Assembly: GCF_009914755.1 (NCBI RefSeq)
Contig: NC_060932.1
Length of the DNA: 64,000 bases
Reading direction: 5' to 3' (one strand)
From: the human T2T-CHM13v2.0 reference genome, Homo sapiens
A model generated the notes under the pieces. The model did no database searches. It was given only the letters and a program-made list of their open reading frames with translations, and was not told the origin of the DNA. The position numbers and the translations under genes are program-made. Positions 48,905 to 60,402 of this stretch are shown here, piece by piece. Each line of letters opens with the position of its first letter. The stretch's first letter is position 1.

Positions 48905-49450
48905 TAATTTTTAATTTAATTTAATTTTTAATTGACAAATATTCATTGTATATACTTATGAGGTACAATGTGATGTTTTGATATATGTATACATTGTGCA
49001 GTAATAAAATCCAGCTAATTTACTTATTTTTTGTAATGAGAATATTTAAAATCTGGCCTTTTAGCAATTTTGAAATATACAATATATTATAATTAACTAT
49101 AGTCACCATGTTGTGCAATAGATCACTAGAAGTATTTCTTCTGTCTCACTAAAGCTTTGTATCCTTCACCATGTGCTTTTTCCTCATCACCTCTCCCCAA
49201 CCAGGCTCTAGTAACCATCATTATACTCTCTGCTTCTATAAGTTCAATGTTTTGAGATGTCATATATAAGCAAGATTATGCAGTATTTGTCTTTCAATGC
49301 CTGGCTTATTTCACTTAGCATAATGTCCTCCAGGTTCATGCATGTTGTCTCAAATAACAGAGTTTTCTTCCCTTTTAAAGCTGAATAGTATTCCATTGTA
49401 TATATATACCACATTTTAATTTTTGTATTCATTCATTTATTGATGGACAG
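48905..49450 (-). mobile_element. L1MA-type 3' end
   Basis: gtacaatgtgatgttttgatatatg...ctggcttatttcacttagcataatgtcctccaggttc. Confidence 0.8.
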
Positions 49451-49779
49451 TGGTGTATTTTTTATCTTAAATCCATTTTACATTGTAAGCCTCTAAGTCT
49501 GTGTACCGGTCTGTGTGTTTATGTCTAAGTGACTCTATCTATCATCTCCATTTGTATATTAAAATTTTACAAAATAATACTTATTCTTACTATACATGAT
49601 ATACTCTGGTCTATTCTCTTCTTTTCTGTTGTTATATTCTATACTAAGTAATAAACAAAATTTTTTTTAAAAACTGATTAATGAATGGTTCATGACCTCA
49701 AGTTCATAAAACACAAATCTAGTGTCTTTTATCTTTTCAAATTCTTGCTAGCCTCTTCTTGCCTTCTGCACTCCTAGCT

Positions 49780-50525
49780 GTGTAATAAAGAATTTGCCTG
49801 GGATTTTTTGTCCCTGGTTTCTGGTGTGGTGCTTTGACAACCTTTGATGTTTCCTGAGTGATAGAAGTGGCTTTGTTATTCATGGGACCCAGGGTCACAC
49901 CTGACTTTATGCTAATGAGATGACTCAAAGCAGGCCCTTAGAGAGCTTTAGGAGGAGCATTGGCCACCAGAAAGACCAAGCATAGGTTAGCATGTTGGGA
50001 CTTCTAGCTGCCTGACTTCCAAGAAGAGGAAGACAGCTGGAGATTGAGTTCATTCAAGTGGCCAATGATTTAATCAATTGCACCTACATAATAAGACCCA
50101 AATAAAAACTGAACATGGAAGCTTAGTGACAGTAAACATATCACTGGGCAGACAGGCAACATGCCCTGATTCCAAAAGGAGATGGCATGGACACTTTTCA
50201 TTTGGGACCCTCCCAGAAGGTACTCCATGTTTCCCTTTATTTATGTTTCACAGTTGCATCCTTTATAATCAAGTGGGAATCACAAATATAGTCTATTCCT
50301 GAGTTCTGTGAGTCGTTCTAGCAAACTATTGAACCTGAGAGAGATTGGGTGAAACCCCAAATTTTTGTCAGTTGGCCAAAACTGAGGGTGGCTGGAAGAC
50401 TTGCTGGACTTGTGGCTGGTGTCTGAAATGGGGACTGGCATGTGGAGGACATTACCTTGTGGGGTCTGTGCTAGCTCAGGGGGTTAGAGCCAGGATTGAA
50501 TCACAGTACACCAGTGAGGGTTAGA
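49780..50525. mobile_element. MER21-like LTR
   Basis: tgtaataaagaatttgcc...tttatgctaatgagatgactc...gagttctgtgagtcgttctagcaaac. Confidence 0.7.
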
Positions 50526-51045
50526 ACTGGATACCCCTCCTTGTTCTTTTCAAATAATCTTTTACAAAAACATTCTTGAGGTGAATATAGATTCATATAA
50601 TCCTATTGAAAGACATTTTTAATGGGATAAAAGTGCCATCCTGATGGCTGTAACAATATCACAGTTACTATTTTGTATTTCCTCATTTTTTTTTTCATAT
50701 TCCTTAGCCATTTGGACTTAATTTTCTGTGAAGTTTATTTCCATAGCTTTTTCTCATATTTCTAATAGGTTGCTGCTATTTCCTTATACATTTTTAAGCA
50801 TTTATAAATTAATTATAAATATTAAGTCTTAATTTGTTTTTAATATTAAAACTAATTTCTCTGGTTCTACCTGGGACTCTTCAATCTGCAGAATCAGGGT
50901 GCAGTATCTCAGTGTCTACCTCAGACTGATCTCCTTATACCAATAAAACTAATACCAGCCCCTGCCTAGCCTTTTTCTATGGATTGTCAGCATTTTAATT
51001 TTGTAATTTTTAAAATTTTCTTTTATTTTCAATTGTTCTCTGATT

Positions 51046-51140
51046 TAGGGTCACCAGATAAAATACAGGGTCCCTGGTTAACTTTAAATCTTGGAATACT
51101 GGAGTTCTGTATTTTTATTTGCTAAGTCTGGCAGCCCTAT
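51046..51140. mobile_element. Short palindromic hAT MITE (MER53-like, internally deleted)
   Basis: TIRs tagggtcaccaga / tctggcagcccta, inner aaataca / tgtattt. Confidence 0.6.
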
Positions 51141-51586
51141 TCTAATTACTCTTCCAGTAATAAAAATGAATAACTGGCTTTTAGAAATTTTCAGGTACGA
51201 CACATAGCTTCTTCATGTAAAAACATCAATCATGATACTGAATGCAGTGTTTAACTTGAATGCTAGATTTGGCATGACATTTGACACCAAAGATGTGAGT
51301 TTTGAAGTAGATTAGGAGACATTCAAGGTTTACTTTTTAAAAATCTAATTGTCTTTAGCATTTTGAATTTTGAAAAAATGAAATCATTTTTTTTAAGTTC
51401 CCAAAGAAATTCTGCAAAGAGTATTTGATGAAGGCAGTTTTCATCACCACTACTAGCTACCATATAAAATTTGTCTAAGCTCTCACAATTACCAGTCTAT
51501 GACTGGACTGAAAATTTCTCCTCCACTTGACCAGTTAAGTAGCTACCTAATATTTAAATAATTAGATTCATTTTAGGGGTACACTT

Positions 51587-54144
51587 TTTTTTTTTTATTG
51601 TTTTTTTTTTTTTTTTCTACTGTGTTATCTTTTTTTTTTTTTAAATTTATTTTTTTATTGATAATTCTTGGGTGTTTCTCACAGAGGGGGATTTGGCAGG
51701 GTCATGGGACAATAGTGGAGGGAAGGTCAGCAGATAAACAAGTGAACAAAGGTCTCTGGTTTTCCTAGGCAGAGGACCCTGCGGCCTTCCGCAGTGTTTG
51801 TGTCCCTGATTACTTGAGATTAGGGATTGGTGATGACTCTTAACGAGCATGCTGCCTTCAAGCATCTGTTTAACAAAGCACATCTTGCACCGCCCTTAAT
51901 CCATTTAACCCTGAGTGGACACAGCACATGTTTCAGAGAGCACAGGGTTGGGGGTAAGGTCACAGATCAACAGGATCCCAAGGCAGAGGAATTTTTCTTA
52001 GTGCAGAACAAAATGAAAAGTCTCCCATGTCTACTTCTTTCTACACAGACACGGCAACCATCCGATTTCTCAATCTTTTCCCCACCTTTCCCGCCTTTCT
52101 ATTCCACAAAGCCGCCATTGTCATCCTGGCCCGTTCTCAATGAGCTGTTGGGCACACCTCCCAGACGGGGTGGTGGCCGGGCAGAGGGGCTCCTCACTTC
52201 CCAGTAGGGGCGGCCGGGCAGAGGCGCCCCTCACCTCCCGGACGGGGCGGCTGGCCGGGCAGGGGGGCTGACCCCCCCCCACCTCCCTCCCGGACGGGGC
52301 GGCTGGCCGGGCGGGGGGGCTGACCCCCCCCACCTCCCTCCCGGACGGGGCGGCTGGCCGGGCGGGGGGCTGACACCCCCACCTCCCTCCCGGACGGGGC
52401 GGCTGGCCGGGCGGGGGGGCTGACCCCCCCCACCTCCCTCCCGGACGGGGCGGCTGGCCGGGCGGGGGGCTGACACCCCCACCTCCCTCCCAGACGGGGC
52501 GGCTGGCCGGGCAGAGGGGCTCCTCACTTCCCAGTAGGGGCGGCCGGGCAGAGGCGCCCCTCACCTCCCGGACGGGGCGGCTGGCCGGGCGGGGGGGCTG
52601 ACCCCCCCCCACCTCCCTCCCAGACGGGGCGGCTGGCCGGGCAGAGGGGCTCCTCACTTCCCAGTAGGGGCGGCCGGGCAGAGGCGCCCCTCACCTCCCA
52701 GATGGGGCGGCTGGCCGGGCGGAGGGCTGACCCCCCCACCTCCCTCCCGGACAGGGCGGCTGGCCGGGCAGGGGGCTGACCCCCCCACCTCCCTCCCGGA
52801 TGGGGCGGCTGGCCGGGTGGGGGGGCTGACCCCCCCATCTCCCTCCCGGACGGGGTGGCTGGCCGGGCTGAGGGGCTCCTCACTTCCCAGTAGGGGCGGC
52901 CGGGCAGAGGCACCCCTCACCTCCCGGACGGGGCGGCTGGCCGGGCGGGGGGCTGACCCCCCCCACCTCCCTCCCGGACGGCACGGCTGGCCAGGCGGGG
53001 GGCTGACCCCCCCACCTCCCTCCCGGATGGCACGGCTGGCCGGGCGGGGGGGCTGACCCCCCCCCACCTCCCTCCCGGATGGGGTGGCTGCCGGGCGGAG
53101 ACGCTCCTCACTTCCCAGATGGGGTGGCTGCCGGGCGGAGAGGCTCCTCACTTCTCAGACGGGGCAGCTGCCGGGCGGAGGGGCTCCTCACTTCTCAGAC
53201 GGGGTGGTTGCCAGGCAGAGGGTCTCCTCACTTCTCAGACGGGGCGGCCGGGCAGAGACGCTCCTCACCTCCCAGATGGGGTCTCGCCGGGCAGAGGCGC
53301 TCCTCACATCCCAGATGGGGCGGCGGGGCAGAGGCGCTCCCCACATCTCAGACGATGGGTGGCCAGGCAGAGACGCTCCTCACTTCCTAGATGTGATGGC
53401 GGCGGGGAAGAGGCGCTCCTCACTTCCTAGATGGGATGGCGGCCGGGTGGAGACGCTCCTCACTTTCCAGACTGGGCAGCCAGGCAGAGGGGCTCCTCAC
53501 ATCCCAGACGATGGGCGGCCAGGCAGAGACACTCCTCACTTCCCAGACGGGGTGGCGGCCGGGCAGAGGCTGCAATCTCGGCACTTTGGGAGGCCAAGGC
53601 AGGCGGCTGGGAGGTGTAGGTTGTAGCGAGCCGAGATCACGCCACTGCACTCCAGCCTGGGCACCATTGAGCACTGAGTGAACGAGACTCCGTATGCAAT
53701 CCCGGCACCTCGGGAGGCCGAGGTTGGCGGATCACTCGCGGTTAGGGGCTGGAGACCGGCCCGGCCAACACAGCGAAACCCGGTCTCCACCAAAACCAGT
53801 CAGGAATGGTGGCGCGTGCCTGCAATCGCAGGCACTCGGCAGGCTGAGGCAGGAGAATCAGGCAGGGAGGTTGCAGTGAGCCGAGATGGCAGCAGTACAG
53901 TCCAGCTTCGGCTCCGCATGAGAGGGAGACCGTGGGGATAGGGATAGGGATAGGGATAGGGATAGGGATAGGGATAGGGATAGGGATAGGGATAGGGATA
54001 GGGATAGGGATAGGGATAGGGATAGGGATAGGGATAGGGATAGGGATAGGGATAGGGATAGGGATAGGGATAGGGATAGGGATAGGGATAGGGATAGGGA
54101 TAGGGATAGGGATAGGGATAGGGATAGGCATAGGGATAGGGAGC
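51587..54144 (-). mobile_element. Full-length SVA retrotransposon (young, probably SVA_E/F-type)
   Basis: On the minus strand: hexamer head 54144-53935, Alu-like ~53930-53570, GC-rich VNTR ~53570-52160, SINE-R ~52160-51660, AATAAA 51659-51654, composite A-tail. Perfect 13-bp TSD TAGGGGTACACTT at 51574-51586 and 54145-54157. Confidence 0.97.
53935..54138 (+). repeat. (GGGATA)32-GGCATA-GGGATA hexamer array (SVA head, CCCTAT on the element strand)
   Basis: Counted directly: 32 perfect units 53935-54126, one variant unit, one more perfect unit. Confidence 0.97.
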
Positions 54145-54271
54145 TAGGGGTACACTTATTTCCCCAAAATCTCAACTCATCTTCAGCTAAGCTCCTTTCT
54201 GCAAGTTGCGTACCCCTTGCTGAAGACTCTGTGATGATCCTACTTATCAGCTACTTCTTGGAGGCAGGAGC

Positions 54272-54385
54272 TCCTTCGTTCGTTCGTTCGTTCCTTCCTT
54301 CCTTCCTTCCTTCCTCCTTCCCTCCCTCTCACCTTCCTTCTTTCCCCTCCTCCCTCTTTCCTCTCTGCCCCCTTTCTTTTTTTTT
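54272..54385 (+). repeat. (TTCG)n(TTCC)n / polypyrimidine simple repeat
   Basis: Directly visible. Confidence 0.9.
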
Positions 54386-54899
54386 ATTCTACAATGTACT
54401 GTAACATGTTTTGATAGGAACCTTGAAATTTGACAATTTTTATTATATCTTCTAAGGTAAAGAAGCAAAAAAGGGAGCGAGTTGGGGAGAAAGTTTGTTT
54501 TGGTTCCCAGAGAAATGGTGAACAGTCAGAAGGAGGTCAGGAGGTGCGGTTGGTATACTTCTTGGCACAGACACAGGTTGCAGAAATTGCTGCTTACGGT
54601 CTGTCAGTTTGTATTAAGTTTCAGAAAGAAAAATAAAGGGTACTTTGATTTCTTCTTGATCATGCATGATAATAGGGCTCAAAATGAGTCAGACACATAA
54701 ACAAGAGAGCCCATGGCCATAGGTCACTTGACATAGCTTAGGACAAAACTACCTGCATTTTGCACATATCTAAGGAATTAAAGATTTTTAGAAAAGCTTT
54801 GGTACTGTTCAAAGTTCAAATGTGTATAAAAGTGATAATTCAAAGTTAAAATCATTTGACTTAAAATCATTTATTAGTATTTCACAAAGCCAGCCTGTA

Positions 54900-55070
54900 T
54901 AGTTGGCACTTCAAGGTAATTATCTCATCTAATCTTCACAACAGCACTAAGAGGTACATATTACTATCCTCCTTTTATAGATACGGTAACTGAGGTTCAG
55001 AAAGGTTAAGTATCTTGCTCATTATCACATAGCTAATAGTGGTAGGTGAGGGTTTCAAATCTACATTTTT
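54900..55070. mobile_element. MIR
   Basis: tctcatctaatcttcacaacagc...ttttatagatacggtaactgaggttcagaaaggttaagt. Confidence 0.7.
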
Positions 55071-57355
55071 AAATATTTTATGCTGCCTATTATGTCTATG
55101 TTTTCTGCAATTATAGACTATTTAGCTGTTAAATAGTTGTTGATATTCCTTCTATTTTTAAATTTTTTTTTAAATGTCAAATTGATGTTGATTTTGAGAT
55201 CTAGTCAAACTTGGTCATTCTAAATATCCCTGCAAGAAAAATTAACCTTAAAACGATACCATTTTCCTAGCAATGCAAGGGGTATAGAAACAAAAGATGA
55301 GAAGTTTCAGAGATGGGAAAAGTTTTTGTTCTGCTGAAGGCTATTGACCCAGGATACGCAATTCACAATAAAAGGCAGCGTAACCTACATTCAGTTTGTT
55401 TGACTTTGGTAGTGATAGGGGAGTTAGGTTGAGGAAAAGGAAGTGAATGTGAGTGGATAGGGAAATATAGAAGAATTATAACTCACTGTAAAAATTAGAA
55501 ACAAGAAATTATTATTTGTGCAATACATTATTTATGCAATAAGTAATGCACAAATTAAAACACATGCATGCACACGCACACATGCACACACATTTCAACT
55601 TCATACTGTGAGTATGTTTAGTTAAAGACACATAGAGCCAGAAAGGCTGACAGAAGAGGGTGGGCAGGAGTAACTAACCAGAAGCTTCTAAGTCCTAACA
55701 GCTCAGACAAGGTCTCCAATTGGCCAACGAAAACAACCACAACAATAACAACATCACTAATATTATCTACTGGCCTCTAAAGACTCCTTGTTTTGTGCCA
55801 GGACCTCTATGTGTTAACTTATTTAATATGACAAGTCTAAGTGCTAGAAACTATCATTATCCTTATTTCAGAGAAGGAAATTGAGGCAGAAGAGAGTAAT
55901 TTATTTGCCCAAGTCTTCACAGTTGGTAAAAACAGGGGTCCCTGTTTGCAAGTCCCAAGTTAGCTTCAGCTAGCATTTTGTCATGCCACACAAAAAGCAG
56001 GGTGAAATGGAAGTGGTTTCAGTGTTAAATCTCCTTAGTGTTGGTTCTTGCTTTTTACATAGTTCCAAAATGTTATTCCCAGTGCTTTCAAAACCTAAAA
56101 TATTAATTTTCTTTCTCAATATACAGAGACTCCCTGTATTCCTTACCTCACTTGGTTTCACAAAACCATGCACTATTACTTTCTGCATTGTACAATGGAG
56201 AGTTTCAGTAAGGTTGAATAGTGGATATGTGGGAAAATTGGTCCTCAAGACTAGGCCCTAAGGAGAAATTCTATATGTATGTGTGTATGTGTGTATGTGT
56301 GTTTGTGTGTGTATTCACACATGATGTATACATATAGGATACACACACATTTATATTTAAATATATCTATACACAAACAACAATAACTAAGCCCTAATGT
56401 TTGTAAGTAAAGTGTTTTGTTTTGTTTTGTTTTGTTTTGTTTTGTTTTGTTTCTGTCCTAACCTCTTGCCTTACTAAGCTTCAGATTGGCCTGAGCCTAA
56501 TATCTTCCTTGAGCAGTTGCTTCTGGGCTCAGTCCTGCAGCTTTTGGCTGGCTGCCCTGTGTGGACTCACGGCCTTTCTGGCTTGGCTTCCAGGGCCCTG
56601 CTGCCAGCCTTTCCCAGCTGCCTCTGCTTCCTTGGCCTTTCCCAGCTGCCCTGCTGCATGGCCCCGCTTGCTGGTGGATGGCATCGCATCTCCTTGCCTC
56701 CTATTCTTTATCCTTAGCCTTGTGTCCTAGCACCTCTGAGAGCCATGATTAAGACAAACATTCAGAGGCAGGCAAAGCAGAGATAAACTCATTCTTTTAT
56801 GAATACAGACCTGACTGGCCACCTAAAGGAGAGATGCTTGGGAGTCGAGATTGTGTCCCCATTTATTTAAACCAGTATATCACTATAGTTAACAGCACAA
56901 ACTTTAGAGTCAGAATGACCTGGATTTGAATTCTATATTATAAATAAAGCTGCTACAAGTGCTCTTGTACAAATCTTTTGGTGGATATATGTTTTCATTT
57001 CTTTAGGGAAGGATTTCTTGAGTGGAATTGTTGGTCAGTAAGTATTTGCCTAGTTTTATGTAATGCTGCCAAACTTTTCCAAAGTGGTTGCATCACTTTA
57101 TTTTCTGCCATTGGATCCTGGAAAAGTTAATTCCACCTCTTTGGGCATAAGTTTTCTTCTGAGGGCAATGGGGATAGTAATAGCTACCCCACAGGATGTT
57201 GAGAGGATTAAAAACAAGATATTATGATGTTAACGGAGAGCATGACACAGTAATTTCTCAATAACAGCAAGCATTCTTTTTTTCTTTGTTGTCATTCCTG
57301 AGTTTTTGAACATTGTATTATGAAAAATTTCAAGCCTATCAAAAAACTGAAAGAA

Positions 57356-57631
57356 CCTGGTTGTGGTGGCTCATGCCTGTAATCCTAGCACTTTGGGAGG
57401 CCGAGGTGGGAGGATTGCTTCAGTACAGGAGTTTGAGACCAGCCTGGGCAATATGGTGAAACCCAGTCTCTACAAAAAATACAAAAATTAGCTGGGCATA
57501 GTGGCATGTGCCTGTGGTCCCAGCTACTCAGGAGGCTGAGGTGGGACAATGGCTTGAGCCAGGGAGTTGGAGGTTGCAGTGAGCAATGATTGTGACACTT
57601 CATTCCAGCCTGGGCAATAGAGAAAGACCAT

Positions 57632-57660
<29 letters not shown>
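57356..57660 (+). mobile_element. AluJ
   Basis: gaggattgcttcagtacaggagtttgag. TSD aaaaaa(c/t)tgaaag. Confidence 0.85.
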
Positions 57661-57662
<2 letters not shown>

Positions 57663-58654
57663 GAAAGGATAGTGAGCGCCCATACACCAACTTGTAGACT
57701 GTATAATTCACATTTTACCTTTAATTCATCACCTCTCTAGCCACACATTAATCCACTCTTAATGCATTTTATGGTAGACATTAGTATATTTCCTACTAAA
57801 TACTTAATCATCAATATATGTAATCTAGTTAATGTATCATTTATTAGAATTCAATATTTGTTTACAGTTCTTTTTGTTCTCTTTGAGGTAAAATTCAGAG
57901 AATAAAATGCACAAATTTTAAATGTACCATTCTATGAGGTTTGACAAACTCAGAAAGCTATGTAACTCAAAACCCCAAGATACAGAAATTTTCTTCACAC
58001 CAGAGAGTTCTCCCTTATCCTTTCCTAGTTAACCATTGTCCTTACCCACTCTCAACAAGGCAACCATTTGTTTTCATTTTCTCAGGTATATAGATCAGTT
58101 TATTTTGTCCTAGAACCTTCATGTAAGTGAAATCCAGTATGCTCTCTTTTTATAAGGCTCCTTTTACTCAGCATGTTTTCATATTTTGCCCATGTTGTAT
58201 ATGAGAGTAACTGTTCCTTCTTATTGCTGAGTATAATTAGTTTATATAAATATGCTAGAGTTTGTTCACCTATTCTCTTACTTTGTATATATCTGGACTG
58301 CTTTCTTTTTTTTCTATTATAAATAAAGCTGCAATGAATATTATTTTGTAATATTATTTATTTTTATTTTTTTCGTAGAGACAGGGTCTCACATAAATCC
58401 CAGGCTAGTCTTGAACTCCTGGACTCAAGCAATCCACCTGCCTCAGTCTCCCATCAAATGATGTGTTATCAAGGTTGCTGCTGTAGACAGCAAGGTTCCA
58501 TTATGGCAGGACTTCTGTAAAACATACAGAGTGCCTCCAGGAATTTTTTGGGTTATATGTTTTCGTTTCTTTTGGGGAAGTCTTATTGAGTGGAATTGCT
58601 AGGCCAAAAGTGTTTATTGAGTTTTTGTCTGTTTTGTTTCTGTTTATTTACTTT

Positions 58655-58946
58655 TAATAATTTTTTTAAGAGACTGGGTTTTGCTCTGTCACTCAGGCTG
58701 GAATGCAGTGGCACTATAATGGCTCACTGCAGCCTTGACCTCCTGGGCTCAAGCAATCCTCCTGCCTCAGCCTCCTGAGTAGCTGGGACCACAGGCACAC
58801 ACCACTATCCCTGGCTAAGTTTTTTTTCATAGAGACAGGGTCTCACATAAACCCCAGGCTAGTCTTGAACTCCTGGACTCAAGCAATCCACCTGCCTCAG
58901 CCTCCCAAAGCGTTGGGATTACACGCATGAGCCACTGTGCCCGGCC
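58655..58946 (-). mobile_element. AluJ
   Basis: cactgcagccttgacctcctgggctcaagcaatcctcc. Confidence 0.88.
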
Positions 58947-59752
58947 TTTATTGATTTTTATGTAAAACTTCTAAACTGTTTTCCAAAGATTATGACCCCA
59001 TTTATTTAAACCAATATATCATGATACTTAACAGAACAAACTTTGGAGCCAGAAAGACCTGGATTTGAATCCTATATTATAAATAAAGCTGCTAGAAGCA
59101 TTCTTGTACAAATCTTTTGGCGGATATATATTTTTATTTCTTTAGGGAAGGATTGCTTGAGTGGAATTGCTGGGCCAAAGGTATTTGCTTAGTTTTACAT
59201 AAAGCTGCCAAACTTTTCCAAAGTGGTTGCATCATTTTATTATATCCAAAGTGGCTGTACCATCTTATATTTCCATCAACAGTTGCTCTATACTCAGATT
59301 AGAATTTGATGTCATTACTCTTTTTCATTTTAGCCACTTTAGTGTGTAGTGATTTCTCCTTGTGGTATTAATTTCCACTTCCCTGATGACTAACGATGTT
59401 AAGAATTGTTAACACACTTATTGGTAATTTGTTTGTCTTCCTTTGTGAAGTGTCTATTCAAATATTCTGCCCATTTTGTTTTAAGCTGGACTGTTTGTAT
59501 AGTTAATATCCTTGCTTGCAGGACACGGGGGAATGAGGCAGCCACATAGTCTGATGGAAAGGTAAAGAGAATGAAAGAGAGGGAGACAGGTATCTTTGAC
59601 AGCAAGTCCCAAAGTCGCTCAGCTATCACTCTCCTCTTGTCCATGGACTGTATTCATGTGGGCAGTTGCTGGTTTGCTGTTTGTCTGGCTGAACGCAGAC
59701 ATAGCGCCTGCTCATGATGTGAAGATTTGGCTCACACAAACACAGTGGTGAA

Positions 59753-60150
59753 TGTCTTAGTTTTGAGTTCTCCCCAAAGCAAACTGAGACCAGAATTCAG
59801 TGCAGGGAGTTCATCTGGGAGGTGATCTCAGGAAGCCAGGGTGAGGTAGCAGAAGCATGAGTCACAAAAGGAGGAAAAATCAAATGATGTGTTATCAAGG
59901 TCGCTGCTGTAGACAGCAAGGTTCCATTCTGGCAGGACTTCTACAAAATGTACATAGTGCCCCCAGGAATTGTTCATGACAGGACATTCATCCTCTGGCT
60001 GCTGTGGCACAGGCTCCCCTCCCCTTCCAGGTCTTTTGCAGGGTGGGCAGCTACTGTGGCGTCTGAGAAGGCCAGGACCAGAAGCGCATGTGAGCTCTCA
60101 CCGAGCGTGGGCCAGGCAATGTGACTGGAAGCACCAAAAGGGCTTTCTAG
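59753..60150. mobile_element. Old MLT1-type MaLR LTR
   Basis: tgtcttagttttgagttctccccaaagcaaactgagacc...gttcatctgggaggtgatc. Confidence 0.55.
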
Positions 60151-60252
60151 AGTGAGAGTGCTTATTGCTAGAGTGAGAGTGCTTACTGAGGATTTCCCAC
60201 GGGAGATCGTAGAGGGTGTCCCATGACCCCCTGTATGTGAACAACTTCACAA

Positions 60253-60402
60253 TCACTGCAGCTTTCCCGCAAAGTCACCTCCTGGCTTAGTCACTGCTGC
60301 TCTTCCGCAAAGTCACCTCCTGAATTAGTCACTGCTGCTCTCCCGCAAAGTCACTTCCTGGCTTAGTCACTGCTGCTCTCCTGTAAAGTCACCTCCTGGC
60401 TT
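60253..60402 (+). repeat. 38-bp minisatellite, ~4 copies
   Basis: Unit TCACTGCTGCTCTCCCGCAAAGTCACCTCCTGGCTTAG starting at 60253, 60291, 60329 and 60367. Confidence 0.93.

Larger units (their letters stand above)
57300..59480 (-). mobile_element. Ancient L1M 3' region, heavily interrupted
   Basis: aaaatgcacaaattttaaatgtac; gagtggaattgctggg; tccctgatgactaacgatgtt...tgtgaagtgtctattcaaat. Confidence 0.65.

Noticed and set aside
51647-53941. Many overlapping Pro/Gly/Arg-rich ORFs up to 180 aa
   Set aside because: These are SVA VNTR, SINE-R and Alu-like frames. SVA is non-coding and GC-rich repeats lack stops.
53935-54138. Interstitial telomeric sequence
   Set aside because: No TTAGGG unit is present, and the array lies inside the SVA TSDs at the hexamer position.
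53742-54175. Poly-(PI), poly-(GI) and poly-(SL) dipeptide ORFs
   Set aside because: Translations of the hexamer array, with no evidence of a gene.
60253-60402. CRISPR-like periodic 38-bp repeats
   Set aside because: Head-to-tail units with no unique spacers, in a human locus with no cas genes.
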